Made by a program: the position numbers and the translations under genes
NCBI RefSeq assembly: GCF_030144855.1
Contig: NC_082717.1
Location: forward strand, 5,332,001-5,396,000
Source of the DNA: Hypanus sabinus
Taxonomy: Eukaryota
DNA: 64,000 nt
Reading direction: 5' to 3'
Notes under the pieces: model-generated
Database searches by the model: none
What the model saw: only the letters and a program-made list of their open reading frames with translations
Told to the model about the DNA's origin: nothing
Shown: positions 1 through 12,363 of the stretch, in pieces
Position numbering within the stretch: the first letter of the stretch is position 1
Layout of the letters: each line of letters opens with the position of its first letter

Positions 1-1960
1 CACTCCACTGCAAGTCATCCCTACAATTGTCAAGATCTTTTTCCGTAGTGAATACTGAAGCAAAGTACTCATTAAGTACCTCTGCTATCTCCTCTGGTTC
101 CAGACACACTTTTCCACTGTCACACTTGATTTGTCCTATTCTCTCACATCTTATCCTCTTGCTCTTAATGTAGAATGCCTTCAGGTTTTCCTTATCCTGC
201 TCACCAAAGCCTTCTCATGGACCATTCTGGCTTTCCTGATTTTATTCTCAAGCTCCTTCCTGCGAGCCTTATAACGTTCTAGATCTCTATCATTATCTAG
301 TGATTTGAAACTTTCATAAGCTTTACCTTACTTCTTGACTGGATTTACAACAGCCTTTGTACAACAGGGTTCCTGTACCCTACCATCCTTTCCCTGTCTC
401 AATTGAACGTACCTGTGCAGAACTCCACGCAAATATCCCCTGAACATTTGCCACATTTCTGCTGTATGTTACCCTGAGAACATCTGTTCCCAACTTATGC
501 TTCCAAGTTCCTGTCTGTTAGCCTCATATTTCACCTTACTCCAATTCAACACTTTCCTAACTTGTCTGTTCCTATCTCTCTCCAATGCTATGGTAAAGGA
601 GATAGAATTGTGATCACTATCTGCAAAATGCTCTCCCACTAAAGATCTGTTAACTGACCGGGTTCATTTCCTAATACCATATCAAGTACAGCCTCTCCTC
701 TTGTAGGCTTACCTTCATATTGTGTCAAGAAACCTTCCTGAACACATCTAACAAACTTCACACCATCTAAACCAGCTCTAGGGAGATGCCTAGGGAAATT
801 AAAATCTTCCACTACGACAACACTGTTATTATTACACCTTTCCAGAATCTGTCAACCTATCTGTTCCTTGATGTCCCTTTTACTCTTAGGTGGATATAAA
901 AAACACTCAGTAGAGTTATTGACCCCTTCCTGTTCCTAACTTCCACCAACAGAGACTCTGCAGACAATCCCTCCATGATATTCTGCTTTACTGCAGCCGC
1001 GACAGTACCACTGATCATCAGTAAAATGCCCCCACCTCTTTTGCCTCCCTCCCTTTCCTTTCTGAAACATCTATAGCCTGGCAATCTAAGTAACCATTGC
1101 TGCCCCTGAGCCATCCAAGTCTCTGTAATAGCCAGAGCATCATAGCTCAAAGTTTTGATACACGCTCTAAGCTCATCCCCTTTATTCTTAATACTCCTTA
1201 CTCCTGAACCATCAGTCTGAGCGCATCCGTTCTCTATCACCTGCCTATCCTCCCCCTCGCACTGTCCACAAGCTTTCTCTATTAGTGAGCTGACTGCCTC
1301 TTCCTCCAGTTCAGCGCACCCCCCCCCCCCAGAAATTCTGGTTTAAACTCCCCACAACAGCTGTTGTAATCATTCCCGCCAGGATATTGGTCCCCCTGGG
1401 ATTCAAGTGAATCCTATGCTTTTTGTACAGGTCACCCCTGCTCCAAAAGAGGTCCCAATGATCCAGAAACCTGAATCACTGTCCCCTGCTCCAATCCCTC
1501 ATCTACGCATTTGTCCTCCACCTCATTCTATTCCGATACTCACTATCACGTGTCACAGGCAGTAATCCCGAGATTACTATCTTTGAGGTCCTGCTTCTCA
1601 ACTTCCTTCCTAACTCCCTGCTGTCTGTTTTCAGGACCTCCTCCCTTTTCCTACCTATGTCGTTGGTACCAACATGTACCACGACCTCCAGCTATTCTGC
1701 TTCCCAGTGCAGGATGTCGTGGACATGATCAGAAACATCCCAGACCCTGGCATCTGGGAGGCAAACTGCCATCCGTGTTTCTGTCCTGCATCCACGGAAT
1801 CGCCTGTCTGACCTCCTATTCATAGAGTCCTCTATTACTGAGGCCATCCTCTTCCTTTCCCTACCCTTCTGAGCCGCTTTGCTTCCCCAGGTAGTCCGTC
1901 CCCCCTCCAACAGTACTCAGACAGGAGTACTATTGTTAAAGGGGACAGCCACTGGCATAC
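1..1960 (-). mobile_element. CR1-type LINE fragment: ORF1 (GDSL/SGNH esterase-like) and ORF2 AP-endonuclease region, degenerate
   Basis: ORF 857..1240 reads YDALAITETW...GYRCFRKEREGGKRGGG...VEVRNRKGSITLLSVFY (APE N-terminus); 1692..1910 reads VIEDSM...MAVCLPDARV..V (esterase-like ORF1). Same motifs recur in other CR1 copies in the window. Confidence 0.9.
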
Positions 1961-1961
1961 C

Positions 1962-2225
1962 TCTTCCCGGTGACGGTAATGTCTGGTGTCCCTGAGAGAC
2001 AAGCCGGGGAGAAACTCTTTCCAAAAAGAGGGAAGATGACTGCTGAGTCATTCAACTTTGGGGACGCCCTGTTACCTGGAGATTGGAAGAGGAAGTTGAT
2101 AGAGATGTTGAAGCTGGAAGATGTTGCTTCAACTGACGAGTTTGATGTCGGTTGTTTCAAGAGCACTCGCCACACCATCCGAATGACAGAGGACACCCCG
2201 TTCGGGGAAAGGTCGCAGTGACTGG
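1962..2225 (+). mobile_element. Gypsy-type LTR retrotransposon pol fragment (protease-RT linker)
   Basis: ORF 1970..2221 ...STDEFDVGCFKSTRHTIRMTEDTPFGERS resembles the conserved segment just upstream of Gypsy RT. Confidence 0.7.
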
Positions 2226-2269
2226 CATGCTCTGAAGGTGAGTGCAGAAATGAAAGGGGATACATGTGT

Positions 2270-2600
2270 CAGAGGTGCTTTTTCCACACAGAAAGTGCCT
2301 GGACTGTGCTTCCAGGGCTGGTGGTAGAGGCTAATACATCGGGGACATTTTAGAAACTGATTTGCTGTGTGGAATGAGCTTCCTGTAGAAGTAGTAGAGG
2401 CCAGTTCAGTTGTGTCATTTAAGGTTAAATTGGATAGGTATATGGACAGCAAAGGAGTGGAGGGTTATGGGCTGAGTGCGGGTAGGTGGGACTAGGTGAG
2501 ATTAATGGTTCGGCATGGACTAGGAGGGCCGAGATGGCCTGTTTCCGTGCTGTGATTGTTATATGATTATATGGTTATATGATACATTACATAAACACAT
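2270..2600 (+). mobile_element. CR1 3' end with short tandem tail
   Basis: gagggttatggg...gggccgagatggcctgtttccgtgctgtg followed by (ttatatg/atatg)-type tail repeats. Confidence 0.75.
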
Positions 2601-3539
2601 AGATTAAATAAAAATGAAGCTTTATGGTCTGTATCAGAAGCAAGGGTTACATGGACTTTGGAGTAGATTAAACATTTGGCACAGCAATTTGGGCCAAAGG
2701 GTCTGTACTGTGCTATGAGGCCCCATCATTCAGGGTTGACCATGGATATTGCGTCCTAGCTGTCTGGATGTGTGAGCCTGGGCAGTACAATATGGAGAGC
2801 AAGCTGTTGCCCATGTAGCAAGCTCCCCCTCTCCAAGCATCTGATGAACTCAAAGAAACAGTACAGACCGAATCAGTCTGACACCAGAAGTATCACGAGA
2901 GTTACCAGTCAGCATTGAACTGAACGTCCAACTGCCTTAGGGACTCCTGTTTGGGACTCTAAGTAATTCAGTTCAACGGTTAATGAATTGATCTATATGA
3001 ACAGATTGCAAGACAAGATTTTCATTGTATCTTGGTACTTGTGACAATAATAAACTAATAGAATTGGTTCAATGCACCATTGTGAACTCTATGTTCTGTG
3101 TCTCTGTTGTGTGCAGGTTTTCATTGACACTATTGTGTTTCTTTTTATTTGTAATGAATCCCCACAAGCAAATGAAACTCTGGGTGGTATATGGTGACAT
3201 ATATATCATTTGATCATTCGTTATGTGCCATGATGTATGACACGGGTGATCATGGTCTCCTGTCTGTGATTGTTCTTGACTCATTTTTCCGGAGAAGCAG
3301 TATGCCATTGCCTTCTTCTGGGCAGTGTTTTTACAAGATGGTGTCATCCCAACCATTGTCAGTACTCTTCAGAGATTGTCTGCCTGATGCCAGTGGTCAC
3401 ATATCCAGGAACTGTGACATGTACAAGTTGCTCATACGACCATCCACCAGTTGTTCCCATGGCTTCACGTGACTCTGATCGGGGGCAGGAGGTGGCTAAG
3501 CAGGTATTACACATCGCCCAAGGGCAACCTGCCTTTTGG

Positions 3540-3688
3540 NNNNNNNNNNNNNNNNNNNNNNNNNNNNNNNNNNNNNNNNNNNNNNNNNNNNNNNNNNNNN
3601 NNNNNNNNNNNNNNNNNNNNNNNNNNNNNNNNNNNNNNNNNNNNNNNNNNNNNNNNNNNNNNNNNNNNNNNNNNNNNNNNNNNNNNNN
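3540..3688. other. Assembly gap (149 N)
   Basis: Run of n from 3540 to 3688. Confidence 1.
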
Positions 3689-3904
3689 GAACTACACCTT
3701 GCCCAAGGGTGACCTGCAGACTAGCAGAGGGAAGGAGTACCAGACATTCATACACTTTGAACTTTTCATTAACTGTCATACTGTCATACAGATAATCGTC
3801 TGTTTTGCCTGGTGTTGGGCCGGTGTTTGCAGCCTCACCACAAGCAGCCCTACTGTCAGGAAGGGAAACAGTGCACTTGGCTTGTTTCTCACATTTCAAT
3901 CTGA

Positions 3905-4176
3905 TAATGGTGTGTGGTCATAAGGAGTGAGTTTCAGTATCAGTCATGTGAATGTGGATGAAAACATTCAGATACTCTGCAGTTTGTTAGTACTTTTTCA
4001 GCAGTTTCCACAGGGCTGCCCACTTTCCCCCATCACTTCCTCTCACACCCTGTGCCTTTGTGCTCAAATAAGGACGTTGGGAAATTGAAAGGGAATCAGT
4101 CATTTGTGAAATACCAATGGGGAACATCAGGTCCGAATGAGCAGAAATTCAGTTTTTATAAAACAAGTGAGAAGAA
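3905..4176 (+). promoter_or_regulatory. Putative proximal promoter/5' UTR of the VJ-VJ receptor gene
   Basis: Non-repetitive island directly upstream of the leader ATG. RUNX core TGTGGT at 3913-3918 and ETS/PU.1-type CACTTCCTC (rc GAGGAAGTG) at 4034-4042. No Ig octamer seen. Motif matches only; function not shown. Confidence 0.4.
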
Positions 4177-4225
4177 ATGTTTGTAACGATATTCACAACT
4201 TTGACTCTGTCCGTCTCTGCAGTGG
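4177..4225 (+). CDS. Exon 1 (leader, L-part1) of tandem VJ-VJ Ig-superfamily receptor: MFVTIFTTLTLSVSAV-G
   Basis: ATG at 4177, hydrophobic 16-aa peptide, consensus phase-1 donor G|gtaagt at 4225/4226. Splices in frame to 25218 giving the 20-aa signal peptide MFVTIFTTLTLSVSAVGVNG. Confidence 0.8.
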
Positions 4226-5199
4226 GTAAGTAAATTCCCAGAGTGGGGTCACCCAGTCTGAGGTTGGTTTCATCTGCCTTTGAGTTTAATTGACCAGTTG
4301 TTGGTAGTGGTAATGTGTACGGTTTTGGTGTACAGAGTGGTGCAGACAGCCCAACACATCTGTAGGTATGAACTTCCCACTATTCAGGACATTTACAAAG
4401 ACAGGTGTGTAAAAAGGGCCTGAAGGATTATTGGGGACCAAAGTCACCACAACCACAAACTACTCCAGCTGCTACCATCCGGTTCTTGACCAACGGGCTC
4501 TGGGACAGCTTCTTCCACTAAACCATCAGTCTGATTAATACAAGCTGATGCACTTGTAGTTCTATGTTATATTGACTGTCCCATTGCACATAATATTTAT
4601 TATAAATTACTATAAATTGCACATTTCACATATAGATGGAAATTTAATGCAAAGATTTTTCCTTCTCATGCATATGAAGGATGTAAGTAATAAAGCCAAT
4701 TCAATTCAATTCAGATTGTGTACACGAGGAACTTCTTTCTGTCTTAAATATACCCATGGACTTGGACTCCATTGCAGTCTGTGCTAGATTCACTGCTCTC
4801 TGCCTGAAAAAGTTCCTCCTTATCTGTGTTCTTGTCATGGTCCTGTCTTGCAATTCCCCATTACCTTTTTAAATGGGCCCTAACCCCCCTTGCCTGATTT
4901 TCAATCATTCCCAGTTCAGCAAATTATATACACCTGCTTCCCATCAGTAACTGCAGGACAAAAACCCTGGAATCACAACAATTCATCAGTTTGTTGGTCA
5001 ACTCATATGAGTAATCTCATTTCATGGTCCTTTAGTACTCTCAGTTCTAAGTTCTACATCGCCTTCTGGATTCTCCACGTGAACCTTGTTTCTGTATAAA
5101 GACTCCCAGAGATACCGGCTATCCGCTTGCAGTGGTGCTAACACCTAACAACTCTGCCTCAGTGCCTGTGTCCAGCACCTGAGTTCATCCCCAGCCATG

Positions 5200-6479
5200 T
5201 CCTTGCAACAGTTCGAAAAAGTTGTCACTCAATTCTGAGATTGTGCCCTCTCGTTCACTATAAGAAACATCCTCCCCACTTCCACCCAATCTAGTCCTTA
5301 CAACATTAAGTTGGTTTCAATGAGATTGCCACACATTCTTCCAGTTAAATTCCAGTGAGTACAGGCCCAAAGCTGTTAAATGCTTCTCATGTCGGAACCC
5401 TTTCATTCCCAAAATCATCATCGTGAATCTCCTCTGGACAATGACAGTACATCCTTTCTAAGGTGTGGGGCTCAATGTTGTTGACAATACTCCAGGTGCG
5501 GCCTGAATAGTGTCTTATACAAGCTCAGCATTATCTGCTTGCTTTTATATTCTATTCCCATTGAAATAAATGCCAACATTGCACTTACCTTCTTTACCAC
5601 AGACGCAACCTGTAAATTAACTTTCTGGGAGTCTTGCAGAAGGATTCCTAAGTCCCTCTGCACCTCTGATGTTTGAACCTTCTCCCTATTTAGATAATAT
5701 TCCACACTGTTGTTCCTTTTACCAAAATGCATTATCATACATTTCCCAACACTGTATTCCATCTGCCACATTCTTGCTCGTTCTTCCAATTTGTCTAAGT
5801 CCTGCTGCAATTGTATTGCTTCCTCCGCACTACCAAACCCTCCACCTATCTTCATATCATCTGCAACTTTCTACAAAGCCATCAATTCCATTATCCAAAG
5901 CATTGACTAACAACGTGAGAAGTAGCGGTCCCAATACTGACCCCTGAGGAACATCACTAATCGTTGGCAGCCAACTAGAAAAAACCCTTTTATTCCCTTT
6001 CACTGCCACCTGCCTTTCAGCTATTCCTCTATCCATGCAAGTATCTTTCTTGTAATACCATAAGATTTTATCTTTATTAACAGCCTCATGTGTGACACCT
6101 TATCAAATGCCTTCTGAAAATCCAATTACATCAACTGCCTCTTCTTTGTCCACCCTGCTTGTTACTTCCTTGAAGAACTCTGATTTGTCACACAAGATTT
6201 CCCTTCTCAGAAACCATGCTGACTTTGACTTATCTTATCATTCATCTCCAAATACCCCGAAACTATATCCTTCATAATAGTCTCCAACGATTCCTAAACC
6301 ACTGAACTTAGGCTAACTGGCTTATCAGTTCCTTTGTTTCGCCTTCCTCCCTTCTTTCAGAATGCAGAGGCATTTGCAATCTTCCAGTCCACCAGGACCA
6401 TGCCAGAATTGAGTGATTCTTGACAGATCATGACCAATGCACCCATTATCTCTGCAGCAACCTCTTTCAGGACTCTGAA
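5200..6479 (-). mobile_element. CR1 ORF2 RT/C-terminal fragment
   Basis: ORF 5472..5855: QLQQDLDKLEERARMWQMEYSVGKC...LYKTLFRPHLEYC. Confidence 0.9.
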
Positions 6480-8010
6480 AGTATCTCCCTCCTGAGTATT
6501 GTGGGCAAACTCTTTGCTCATGTAACTCTGGCACATCTACAAACTCTGGCAGAACAGGTCTACCTTGAGTCCCAATGTGGTTTTCGCACAAGGAGGTCAA
6601 CTGTCGACATGATTTTCTCACTCCACCAATTCCAGAAGGTATGCAGGGAACAACAGAAACCCCTCTATCTTGCTTTCATTGTCTTTACCAAGGCAATTGA
6701 CTTTGTCAGCAGGGATGGACTCTTTCAGAATTTCCTCAAGATCGGCTGTCCCCGAAACTCCAAAGTATCATCAAGGCATTCCATGATGACATGAGGGCTA
6801 CTGTTCAGAACAATGGCAGTTCATCAGAAGCCTTCGCTATTCATAGTGGAGTCAAATAGGATGCATGTTGGCCCCAACTTTATTTGGCATCTTCTTCTCT
6901 AAGCTATTGAATCACGCATCGACAGAAGGCACCTACTGGCACATGTACACCAGGTTTGACGGGCGACTGTTCAACCCTGCATGTCTGAGAGCAAAAACAA
7001 AGGTGCGAAAGATCTTAATATGTGACATGCTCTTTGCCAATGACGCTGCTATAACCTCGCACACCAAACAGCAACTATAAATTCTCATGGACCACTTCTC
7101 TAAGACATGCAAGGACTTTGGGCTTACCATCAGCCTAAAGAAAACAAATGTCCTTGCCCAGAACATAGTGGAGGCACCGGTCTTTACCAACTACAATTAT
7201 GATCTAGAAGTTGTCCACGAGTTCACATACTTGGGGTTGACCATTAGCGACACTCTCTCCCTCGCTACTGAAATCAATAGGCATATAGGTAAAGCAAAAT
7301 TGAACCTTGCTCGACTCTCCTCGCGGGTCTGAGAGAATCCGAAACTCACTACAAAGACCAAGACTGCCATGTACAATGCATGTGTCATCAGCACCCTCCT
7401 GTACTTTAGCGAGACTTGGACCATCTACTTCAAACAGGAGAGAAAACTCAATAGTTTTCACCTGCGCAGCCTTTGCTGCATCCTCAGCATCACCTGGAGA
7501 GACAAAATCCCAAGCTCTGAGGTCCACTGGACTTCCCACAATGCTCACACTTTTAAAACAATGCAGACTGCACTGGCAGGGCCATGTCCATTGTATGAAG
7601 AATGGTAGACTGCCAAAGGAATCCTCTACAAAGAAGTAGCAACAGGCAAGAGGAACGTTGGTAGACCCCAGTTTCACTTCAAGAACCTCTGCAAGCTCAA
7701 CATGAAAGCCTTAAAAATCAACACAGGGTGCTGGGAGGACACAGCAGATGACCGCAACAAATGTCGAGGTACTCTTCAGCAACACCTAGAGCAAGGCGAA
7801 AGAGTGATCCTGAGTCAGTTTGCGGAGCGGAGAGCTAAATGGAGAGCACAGCGGACAGCGGACAATGATTCCATGACACCCTACACATGCAGCAACTGTG
7901 GCAGAGCCTACTGTTCCAGGATTGGCCTCAATAGCCACAGTTGATGCTACTCGACAAACCAGTGACTACCGGAGGCACAGTACCCATGATCGACCAACGG
8001 AGGCCACACA
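6480..8010 (+). mobile_element. RTE-clade LINE, 5'-truncated, frameshifted RT through 3' end
   Basis: ISLLSIVGKLFA...ESQCGFR.RRSTVDMIFSL.Q.Q..CREQQKPLYLAF; LAPTLFGIFFS; DMLFANDAA; C-terminal CSNCGRAYCSRIGLNSH; (ca)n tail near 8005. Confidence 0.88.
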
Positions 8011-8299
8011 CACACAATGGCCTACTTTCAGCCACGACTCAGTGATGCCCAGAACGTCATACCGACCAATCTCTAATTGTGCCATGTGTTTGTTCACTGT
8101 ATTCAGGATGCTAGGCACATTTAAAGACAGCAATTACAGTCACTCCAGCAATACTGAAAAGTACATTGCCCCTGTTACCCAAATACAGAAAGTTCCCTTT
8201 TACAATCAATATTTCCTTAAGGTTGCTATATCTGAGGATGATAATGGGGATAAGCTCCCACTACCTATTAGATGCTCCCAATGGCATGCGGATGGAGCT

Positions 8300-9150
8300 G
8301 TAGGTTGTTGAAAGTTACAAGAGGATATAGACAGGATGCAGAGTTGGGCAGAAAAGTGGCAGATGGAGTTCAATCTGGATAAGTGTGAGGTGATGGATTT
8401 GGAATCACAAACCAGAAGGCTGAGTACAGGGTTAATGGTCGGTTACTTATGAATGTGAATGAACAGAGTGACCTTGAGATTCAAATCCATACATCCCTCA
8501 AGGTTGCCGCGTAGGTTGATAGGATAGTTAAGAAGGCCTATGGGATGCTAGGCTTCATTAATAGGGGGATTGAGTTCAAGAGTAGAGAGGTCACGTTGCA
8601 ACTCTACAAATCTCTGGTGAGACCGCACTTAGAGTATTGTGTTCAGTTCTGGTCACCTTATTATAGGAAGGTATGTGGAAGCTATGGAGAGAGTGCAGAG
8701 ATTTACCAGGATGTTGCCTGGATTGGAAAACAAGTCTTATGAGGCCAGGTTAGCAGAGCTGGGACTTTTCTCTTTGGAGCATAGAAGAATGAGAGGGGAC
8801 TTGATAGAGGTCTACAAGATTATGAGAGGCATAGATAGGGTGGATAGCCAGTACCTGTTTCCTAGGGCACCAATAGCAAACACCAGAGGGCAGTACAAAG
8901 TTAAGGGATGGGAGTTCAGGGGAGACATCAGGGGTAACTTTTTACACAGAGGGTTACGGTTGCCTGGAATGACTTGCCAGGGATGGTGGTAGAGGCTAAA
9001 AATTTAGGGGTATTTAACAGCCTCTTGGATAGGCACATGGATGACAGAAAAATAGAGGGTTATGGGGTAGTGTGGGTTTAGTACTTTTTTTAAGGAATAT
9101 ATGGGTCGGCAAAACATCGAGGGCCAAAGGGCCTGTACTGTGCTGTAGTA
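8300..9150 (+). mobile_element. CR1 ORF2 3' half and tail
   Basis: ORFs 8545..8742 (LYKSLVRPHLEYCVQFWSP) and 8639..8992 (LGLFSLEHRRMRGDLIEVYKI). Confidence 0.9.
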
Positions 9151-10690
9151 GTCTAGTGTTTAGTGTCAAACGTGATCTATTGGATGTGAAGACCAATGGG
9201 GTGGTAGGCAAGGACAAGAGGAACTTTACCACTGTTAAGGTGGTGGGAAGATGGGATGAGAGCAGATGCTTGGGAAATGGAGGAGATGCGGGTGACAGCA
9301 GCATCAATAGTGGAGGAAGGAAACCTCATTCTTTGAAGAAGGAAGACATCTCTGATGTCCTGGATCGGTAAGATGAGTCCTGGGAACAGATGTGCCAGAG
9401 GTGAAGGAACAGAGGAAAGAGGAATTGTATTTTTTTAGTAGGCCTCCATTAGTCTCATGAGACCATGGATTTGCGCCTTGGAAAGTTTCGAGGGCGCAAG
9501 CCTGGGCCAGGTTGTATGGAAGAACAACACTTGCCTAAGCTGTAAGTCTCCCCTCTCCATGCCACCAACGTTGTCCAAGGGAAGGGCATTAGGACCCATA
9601 CAGCTTGGCACCAGAGTCATTGCAAAGCAATGTGTGGTTAAGTGCCTTGCTCAAGGACACACACACACACACACAGCTTCAGCCAAGGCTCAAACTAGCG
9701 AACTTCTGATTACTAGACAAACACCTTAACCACTTGGCCATGTGCCAAGAATTGTATTTTTACATGTGATAGCACAGTCAAGTTAACCAATGGAATCAGT
9801 AGGTTTATAAAAGGTGTCAGCTGACAGTTTGTCTCCAGAGATGAAGATAGAGATTGAGAAAGGGGAGGAAAGGTCAGTGATGGACCAAGTGAATTTGAGG
9901 CAGGGTGGATGTTAGAGGCCAGAATGATGAAATTGACAAGCTCAGCATGGGTGCACGAAGCAGCACCAATGCAGTTGTCAATGCAGTGCTCAATTTAGCA
10001 GAAGGGAAGTATTGTTGGGAAGGCTCAGAACATGGATTGTTCTATGTAGCCAACAAAGTGGCAACATACCTGGGGCCCATACAGGTGCCCATGGCTACCT
10101 ATTGAATTTAGATAAAGTGGGAGAAGCTGAAGGAAAATTTGTAAAGAATGAGGAGCAGTCCTGCCAGGCAGAGGAGGGTGGAGTTGAAGGGGAATTGATT
10201 GGTTCTTTTCTCAAGAAAGAAGCAGAAAGATTTGAGGTCTTCTTGATGGGGGATAGAAGGGTACAGGGACTGAACATCCATAGTGAGAATTAGGCTGTCG
10301 GGCCAGGGAATTGAAAGTCACTGATGAAATTGCGGATGACAGAAGTGCCGCAGATGTAAGTGGGAAGGGATTGAACCAGGGGGAATAGAATGGAATCAAG
10401 TTATGAGGATACGACTTTAGTGGGGTAGGAACAGACAGAATGAATAGCCCTGCAGTCCACTTTGTGTATCTTCAGTAGGAGATAGAAGTGGGTAGTTCCA
10501 GGGTAAGGAATCTATGAATTTGGTGGCAGTGGATGGAAATTCCTCAGAGAAGAAGAGGTCAGTGATGGTGTCAGAGAGAAATTTCTGATGGTCTGGAGGA
10601 GTTTCCTCCTCAAGGGGGAGGTATGAGGAGGGGTCTTTAACGTATCCCTCCTCCAATATGATAGTTTGATTTGCTTAAAGGAATCACAAT
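9150..10690 (-). mobile_element. Penelope-like element RT fragment, interrupted by a SINE
   Basis: Reverse complement near 10090 reads gtagccatgggcacctgtatgggcccc (VAMGTCMGP), homologous to the PLE RT at 63130-64000. Confidence 0.8.
9435..9748 (-). mobile_element. tRNA-derived SINE with RTE-like 3' end, 13-bp TSD
   Basis: TSD gaattgtattttt at 9422-9434 and 9749-9761. Minus strand starts tggcacatggccaagtggttaagg (A box) ...gtttgagcc (B-box-like), central tgtgtccttgagcaaggcacttaacc. Confidence 0.8.
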
Positions 10691-10699
10691 CATCCTGGT

Positions 10700-10870
10700 A
10701 CCTCAGAAAAATAAGCTAATGTGCCAGCTAATGGCTCTGATATCCACCATCATGAAGTGCCTCCAGAGGCTGGTCATTACACATATCAGCTCCGGCCTCC
10801 CAGACAAACTCAACCACTGCAATTGACCTGCTGCCAAAAGAAGTCCACACCAGATACCCTCTCCGGAACG
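10700..10870 (+). mobile_element. Rex1/Babar-like LINE RT fragment
   Basis: gctctgatatccaccatcatgaagtgcctccagaggctggtc...ccactgcaatt resembles the ALTSTIMKCFERLV...DPLQFAY segment. Confidence 0.6.
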
Positions 10871-11059
10871 TCTGGGTAATAAAAACACATACATCCATTT
10901 CTGAACACCAGTGCAACTTCAATACCATAATCCCATAGTTCAAAGTAAATTGATTATCAAGTACATATATGTCACCAGATTCAACATTGGGATTCATCTT
11001 CTCCTGGGCATACTCAATAAATCTAATAAACATAATAGGACCAGTGAATGACCACACCA

Positions 11060-11935
11060 ACTAGTGTGTCAAAGACAACAAGCTGTGCAAATACAAAGGA
11101 AAAATATCATCATAATTTTCTGAAGATATAAACATGAATTTTGGACTGGACAAGTACGGGACATTAAACATAAAGGGAGGTGTAATCGAACTAGTAGAAT
11201 ACAAAATAGAGAAGAAGGATACAATACACACATGGATGAATATCAACAAGCAAAGAAAAAAGATCAAACTCTGTTAAAGGGAAAACAAAGACAATAAACA
11301 CTTTCACTGTGCCCATATTAATGTATTCTTTTGACAGAATATCTTGGTCTGAAATTCATCTGGATAATTTACATACTGAAATGACAAGATTTTAGAAAGC
11401 AAAATATACACTAAAACATGCTTGGATTTACACTACCATGGACAGGAAGAGGAAGAAGAATAATAGACATAAAAAAACTTACAGAGCAGCAGTCTGGCCC
11501 GCTAAGTTTCTCTAGCATTTTGTGTGTATTACTAAAACTTCTAAGGATATATTTTCATCAACGAAAATAGGATTCAGTCCTCCACACAGCAAATGGAATT
11601 CTGATCAGAAGTATATGTCACTGAACTTAACTGAGAGCACGCCCCAGAGAAAATGAAGAAATTATCACTAGAGAAGAAAAGGTAAGCAATGGAAGAGTGT
11701 ATCTTCCATGCAAGACAACCCCATGAAGATGATGACAAGGAAATATTGAACATCCGGCTCAGCATTGGAGACCTTTTCTGAAAAATAGAGCAATTCCTTA
11801 TAGCAATATGACCAGGTGGTTAACACACATAAAATATATAATCAAAAATCAACAACTTCAAGATGATAAATGCAGAAAATGCCAAGACAAACCAGAACCA
11901 ATCCAACACATTACAGGATTCTGCAGTCAAAATCT
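11060..11935 (+). mobile_element. R4/Dong-like (RLE-type) LINE fragment
   Basis: ttttctgaagatataaacatgaattttggactggacaag = FSEDINMNFGLDK; later KYIIKN...DDKCRKCQDKPEPIQHITGFC (CCHC knuckle). Confidence 0.65.
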
Positions 11936-11999
11936 CACTTTAAAATTCAAACTCATAGAGACACCATTCTTTACTATAAATGGCCAGTGTCAACAGAAG

Positions 12000-12360
12000 T
12001 TCAGTCACAAGCTCGCAGATGACTCCACTATAGTGGGCTTAATCTCAGGCAATGACAAGACAGAGGACAGGAAGGAGGTTGAAAGCTGAATGGTATTGGG
12101 TCAGGACAATGACCATTACTCAGCGGGAGCAAAATGAAAGCACTGATTATTGAGGAAACAGGTGCAGTGTACGTCCCCACATGAATCAATGATGCCAAGG
12201 TGAAGATGGTGGTTAGCTCTAAGTTTTGAGAGGCCTGGCTGAACCAACCATACAGATCCTATGTTGAAGAAGGTACATTATCATGTCTTCTTCCTCAGAA
12301 GTCTAATGAAATCTGATGTATTCCCAAAGACCCTCACTGATTTTTATACTGAGCAGTCTG
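12000..12360 (+). mobile_element. Rex1/Babar-like LINE RT fragment
   Basis: KLADDSTIVGLISGNDKTEDRKEVES in ORF 11808..12089. Confidence 0.65.
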
Positions 12361-12363
12361 TCT

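Noticed and set aside
3500-3720. Similar sequence (gcccaagggcaacctgc / gcccaagggtgacctgc) either side of the N gap, and ORFs spanning it
   Set aside because: Repeat copies at contig ends; the ORFs are artefacts of translating through N.
4157-4163. TATAAAA upstream of the leader
   Set aside because: Only about 14 nt before the ATG, too close to be the TATA box of this transcript.
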